A program made the position numbers and the translations under genes. The notes under the pieces were generated by a model. It worked only from the letters and a program-made list of their open reading frames with translations. It searched no databases and was not told where the DNA came from. A DNA stretch of 63,893 nt, counting the filler, from Octopus bimaculoides (lineage: Eukaryota), in assembly GCF_001194135.2 (NCBI RefSeq). It is 7 parts of 6 records of this genome, joined end to end, with 100 filler letters (N's around TTAATTAATTAA, not from the genome) between each part and the next. Parts side by side here need not be neighbours in the genome. Positions count along the whole stretch, not along the records: positions 56,444 to 58,797 come from NW_026375781.1; positions 58,898 to 62,663 come from NW_026356426.1; positions 62,764 to 63,893 come from NC_069002.1; 4 more parts are not named here. One strand, 5' to 3'. Of the stretch, positions 58,422 through 63,893 are shown in pieces (position 1 is the first letter of the stretch; each line of letters starts with the position of its first letter).

Positions 58422-60217
58422 GCGCGCGTGTGTATGTGAGTGTGTGTGTATGATTGTGTGCGTGTATATGTGTGTGTGTGTGTGCCTCTGTGTGTGTATG
58501 TGCGCGTATGCATGTGTATGTGTGTGTTTGAAAGGTGTGTGGATGGGGGGGGGGGTGTATTGTGGTTGATGGATTTATTCCGTTCCGCTCCGTTCGGTAT
58601 CCTTCCATATACTGATTTATGTGGTGTACACTTTCACTCAGACACAAACACACACACACCACGTACACATATATATATATACATACATACACACCACGTA
58701 CTCATATATATACATACATATACATATATATAGAGAGAGAGACGTACAATATTTCCGTTGTGTTCTTTTTATTCAATCCTTAATATATATATATGTTNNN
58801 NNNNNNNNNNNNNNNNNNNNNNNNNNNNNNNNNNNNNNNNNTTAATTAATTAANNNNNNNNNNNNNNNNNNNNNNNNNNNNNNNNNNNNNNNNNNNNCTC
58901 CAGCATGGCCGCAGTCAAATGACTGAAACAAATAAAAGAAAGAATATCTTTTACAACTGGTTGTATGAGAGACATTTATAAGACGGCGAGTTGGCAAAAT
59001 TGTTAGCTTATCGGGCAAAATGCTTAGCAGCATTTCGTCCGCCTTTATGTTGTGAGTTCAAATTCTGCCAAGGTTGACTTTGCGTTTCACCATTTGAGCC
59101 CCAGGCTCGATATAATCGATTTATCTCTTCTCCGAAATTTCTGGTCTGGTATTAACATTTGACATCAATGTGATAGACCCTTGTAATGAAGAAAGTGACG
59201 AAGCCTCAAGAGAGGTGGTAATTACAGCTATGGTTGAAACGCTTCGCTTCATAACTACGTGGTTTGAGTCCGATACTTCCGCACTATACCTGGGGAAGTT
59301 ACTATAACTTCGGATTGATTAATTTCTTGTGAACAGAATTCAGATAGAGGAAAAACATGCGAAAAACATTCAAGTTTTTCCTTTTTACTGTTTGCTTCTA
59401 AATAGTTTATTATTCAATTTGAATGCGTGACTTTTCAACAGTTTTTGTAGTTAATAATTGATAGGGGTGTGCAGAATTACAATTATAATTCGATAGTGGT
59501 GTGCAGAATTGCTTGGATGGTTTTAATGCGTCCATTCCAACGCTACAATCGATTTAATGGGGTCGGTCTACTTCGTTTGGATCGAACAGGGCAAAATCGT
59601 TTTAATTCGTGTTTGTATGAGCAGTTATCACAAGAAAATTTTGAAACTTCCAGCCAGCTGGCATCAGTATCGTGAAACACCACCCCAAAGCTGTTAACCA
59701 TCTCTACATACCTCTCTACAGCAAAATCGGTGTCAATAGAAGAATATACATACATGCATACATGAATAGATAGATAGATAAATAGATAGATAGATAGATA
59801 GATAGATGTAGGTGCAGGAGTGGCTGTGTAGTAAAAGGCTTGCTTCCCAAACACATGGTTCCGGGTTCAGTTCCACTGCGTGGCACCTTGGGCGAGCGTC
59901 TTCTGCGATAGCCTCTGGCCATGCAAAGCCTTGTGAGTGGATTTGGTGGATGGAAACTAAAAGACGCATCATCGTCCGCCTAAGATACATTAGCTACCGT
60001 ATCGATTACGCTATCATTTTGATTACGTATCTTGATTTCGTCATCGTCAGCTTAAATATCGTCGCTATACGTAAGATGAGGCGATTTTTTATGAACACAT
60101 TGATATCAGTGATTACTTGTCACAGAATCGTAGAAAAAAATGTTGGCTTAAAATATTTTGTAAAAGATTACAAGTTTTGTATAAAATTAAACTTCTCACT
60201 TACATTACCGTATCTCT

Positions 60218-60450
60218 AGGGTGTCAGCACCATGATCGTAAGATTGTGGTTTCGATTCCTGGACTGGGCGACGCGTTGTGTTTTTGAGCAAAACACTTCA
60301 TTTCACGTTGCTCCAGTCCACTCAGCTGGCAAAAATGAGTAAAAAAAAATGCGATGGACTGGCGTCCCGTCCAGCTGGGGAAGACATACGCCATAGAAAC
60401 CGGGAAACCGGGCCCATGAGCCTGGCTAGGCTTTAAAAGGGCGCATTTAT
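60218..60450 (+). mobile_element. tRNA-derived SINE, family F
   Basis: Head GGTTTCGATTCC, core TTGAGCAAAACACTTCATTTCACGTTGCTCCAGTCCACTCAGCTG, then GCGATGGACTGGCGTCCCGTCCAG. Copies at 30640-30815, 46245-46485 (+) and 10830-11005, 31680-31830 (-). Confidence 0.85.
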
Positions 60451-62767
60451 TTTTTATTCACATCTAATGTGCTAACTTTTTTTACATTCTGAGTTCAAAT
60501 TTCACCGACGAACTTTGCCTTTTATCCTTACAAAGTCGGTAACATAAGTACCAGTTAAGCACTGGGGTCAATGTAATCGATTGTTCTTATCCCCAAACTG
60601 CTAGCCTTGGACCGAAATTGGAAACCAATATTAGAAAACGTTAAGGCGTTGAGCTGGCAGAATCGTTAGCAACATCAAGCGAAACGCTTAGCGACATTTC
60701 GTCCGTTTTTAGGTTCTGAGTTCAAGTTCTGCCAAGTTCGACTTTGCCCACCATGCTTTTGGGGTCGATGAAATAAATACCTGCTGAACACTAGGGTCAA
60801 TGTAATCGACTTACCCGCTACCCTGAAACTGTTGGCATTGTAGCAAAGTTTGAAGTCAATTACAGCTTACCAAAATTCACTATGTTTTAAATCTGCATAT
60901 ATAAATGTAAAATGCATGAGTGAACCCCTTGTACTTAGAAACTACGAAACTATATATATATGGGTACTAGCCATATCATAGGGAAGTTTGTAATATCTTA
61001 AGCTAAATCTCCTTTAAACCTTGCTGACTGACTGTTAATAAGGGTGATGTTTCAAGATTGAAAGTTGATATGGAGTAACATTAGCAAAATGGAGAAACAT
61101 GTAAAAATGAAAAGAAAAGTTGAAATTATCAATAAAAGAAAGAAAGATTATCCATACGTTTATGTAGCGTCAAACTCTCTGTTTTCATTCTATTTTAAAA
61201 AGTTACTTTTACCCTTTCTAGAAAAATAGAATGTAGAGAGATAGAGAATAAGAAATATATATGAAGTGAGAGACAGCTTAGGAGAGAAAAGGAGGGAGAC
61301 TGATGGCGTCGGTTTGTTTATATTTTAATGTCATAGTATATGGCAGATATTTTAAAAAGACATTGGATTTCAGTGTTTTGAAATTCAAGGAGTGGTAGCC
61401 AAATTATCATGTAATTACCCCCTATTGTCTAATATATTTATGCACAAACACACAGACACACATATATCACGTTCGTATGGGTCAACGTGGGAGTCTTTAC
61501 ATAATATACTGTCGTTTTAGAAATTGCGTTCAGGTCTTTGTCAAATCAAGCCTTCGAATCTTGCTCACACACGCGCGCGCGACACACACACATACATACA
61601 CTGACACACACATGCACACATATGTATGTATGTACATATGTGCGTATAAGCCAGTAAGGGAAGCACTACATGTTATAAATATCAAAAAGAAACAGCAACC
61701 AACTTTCCGTCAAATCAAAAATAGTGCCTTATGTATGCTTATATATTATATCATAGTGGAGGCACAACGGCCCAGTCGTTAGTGCAGCGGACTCACGGTC
61801 GTGGGATCGTGATTTCGATTCCCAGACCGGGCGTCGTGAGTGTTTATTGAGCGAAAACACCTTCAGCTCCATGAGGCTCCGGCAGGGGGCGGTAGCGAAC
61901 CCTGTTATACTCTTTCACCACAGCTTTCTCTCATTCTTTCATCCTGTTTCTGTTATACCTGTTGTTCAAAGGGCCAGCCTTGTCATACTCTGTGTCACGC
62001 TGAATCTCCCCGAGAACTACGTTAAGGGTACACGTGTCTGTGGAGTTCTCAGCCACAAGTCTGATGTTAATCTACAAAATCTGTGATGCCCAGCTTAATT
62101 AGGCAAGCATACTCAGGAAAAGACATTAGTTCAGCATCGCATCTAAATTTAATTTAATCATTTCAGCAATTAAGGGAGATGACTATGGACATATTTCGGT
62201 GTTATTAGCTCCGCAGAGAAACGTAAACTTTATCATACTTGCAGAGAATCCCTATGCAATTGGATATAATCGCACACGAGTAGGTGTAAAAAGAAATTAG
62301 GTTATTTTAACAAACAAATCACAGAGGCTAATTAATAAAAAAAATATCAGTAGGGTTAATTAACGGGTGTAGAAAATAATACGTAAGTTACTGAGACGTG
62401 GTGAGAATTCAAAAATCTAATTAGAAATACCAACGTACTGAGGAAAAAGTTATCATTTTATGGGAAGGCGTAGAGGAGGAAATAAGTTAGTTTGTTAAAA
62501 GCGGGGCTGTGACATGTCTAGGAAGACCATTCATCAGAGTGTAAATAAATTACAACCAATTCTAAATTAAATATATAAAGCCAAGCATGTGCTTAAAGGG
62601 GGCGGACAGAAGAAATGTTTCAAAAGTTCTGCACATCTGTGGGTGGTTTTCTGTTATATATATNNNNNNNNNNNNNNNNNNNNNNNNNNNNNNNNNNNNN
62701 NNNNNNNTTAATTAATTAANNNNNNNNNNNNNNNNNNNNNNNNNNNNNNNNNNNNNNNNNNNNATAT

Positions 62768-62799
<32 letters not shown>

Positions 62800-62832
62800 C
62801 TAGATAGATAGATAGATAGATATGTAGATACA

Positions 62833-62866
<34 letters not shown>

Positions 62867-63849
62867 CATACATACATACATAGGGGAAGCGGTCTAAAAC
62901 AGGACAAAGAAGCTCATATCAGCTCTGGAAGATGGAGGGAAAATCCACATACACTCATGAACGTACAAAAGTACATACATGCACAAATATAAATGAATCG
63001 TAAAGTTTACGAAATTCTCGTCATTCGTGTTCATGCATTACATATACTTATTATATACTAACTATACACCTATTATATACTTGCTGTATAAAAACTTGTA
63101 GATACACATTTTTGCCACAATAATAGTGTTAGATATTTAGCTACCAAATCTACCTCCAACAAGTAGGCCTACAATGAAATGTCTTTCCGCTTTAACTTCA
63201 TTGTTTATTCTATGAATATCAAATCGGATTACATTAATCAACATCTGCCTGATGTTTAGAATCCAGTATTGTGTAATTTGAAGGAGAATTGAGTGCTCAT
63301 TTGCGTATATTGATGAGTATCTGGAAGATGCCTGTTAGTTAAGCTATTATCACAGACATCTAGGGCTAAGGGATGGTAAGATTGTTTACACACGAGGAAA
63401 GGTGCTTAGCGTCATTTTGTCCGTCTTTAAGGATCTGAATTCAAAGTCTGCCGAAGTCTACTTTAACTTTCAGCCTTGCAGGTTTGATAAAATACGGATA
63501 AGATTGGGATCGATGTAAATCCTCCCGCGAAATTGCTAGCCCTCTACCAAAATTATTACTGATATCAGATATATACATTGTATATCCTTCCAATATTCCA
63601 TGATTCCTGTTATTCTAAATTTTCATTAGCATTCATTACATTCCACAACAATAATCAGAATGGTTTACCTTTGTTAGAATAACACAGGTAATATTTAACA
63701 GATTTCTTTGTAGTTGGAACAAAGCTGCTGCCATTTAAACTCAACATATGACAGTATTCCGTTAACAGTGAAAGATCACCACGCACAGTATTTGATGGAG
63801 ATTTTCTCAATATATTATAACACTGCCATCCTCAAGATATATACACACA

Positions 63850-63893
<44 letters not shown>

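Noticed and set aside
61758-61830. tRNA gene candidates at SINE heads
   Set aside because: A/B boxes are present but no complete cloverleaf; each continues into a multicopy SINE body.

Overview
AT-rich, repeat-dominated eukaryotic draft sequence; the SINE and microsatellite content points to a coleoid cephalopod (Octopus-like), which is inference. No prokaryotic genes, rRNA, true tRNA or CRISPR arrays are seen. Six identical 100-bp N44-TTAATTAATTAA-N44 linkers are assembly joins, so adjacency across them is unproven. The window holds dozens of tRNA-derived SINE copies from several families, several RTE LINE fragments, a decayed Penelope-like element, and a Penelope-type terminal repeat with a minimal hammerhead ribozyme. 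It also has a Gypsy RT scrap, a full-length decayed Tigger/pogo, a 5'-truncated mariner, and piggyBac, hAT, mariner and foldback non-autonomous elements. The most notable items are: (i) a 2033-bp ORF1-only Tx1/L1-type element with a perfect 16-bp TSD and an internal chimeric duplication; (ii) retroelements sitting inside microsatellites, namely a (TAA)n nest of 7 co-oriented SINEs plus a 550-bp element with a 196-codon ORF, and an R4/Dong-like tail inside (CATA)n; (iii) an unidentified minus-strand multi-exon gene or pseudogene at 14.6-21.2 kb with intronic inverted repeats; (iv) a CpG-rich promoter and first-exon candidate at 53.1-53.3 kb. Almost all listed ORFs are microsatellite, N-gap or repeat artefacts. 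I could not establish a wholly new biological system from sequence alone.
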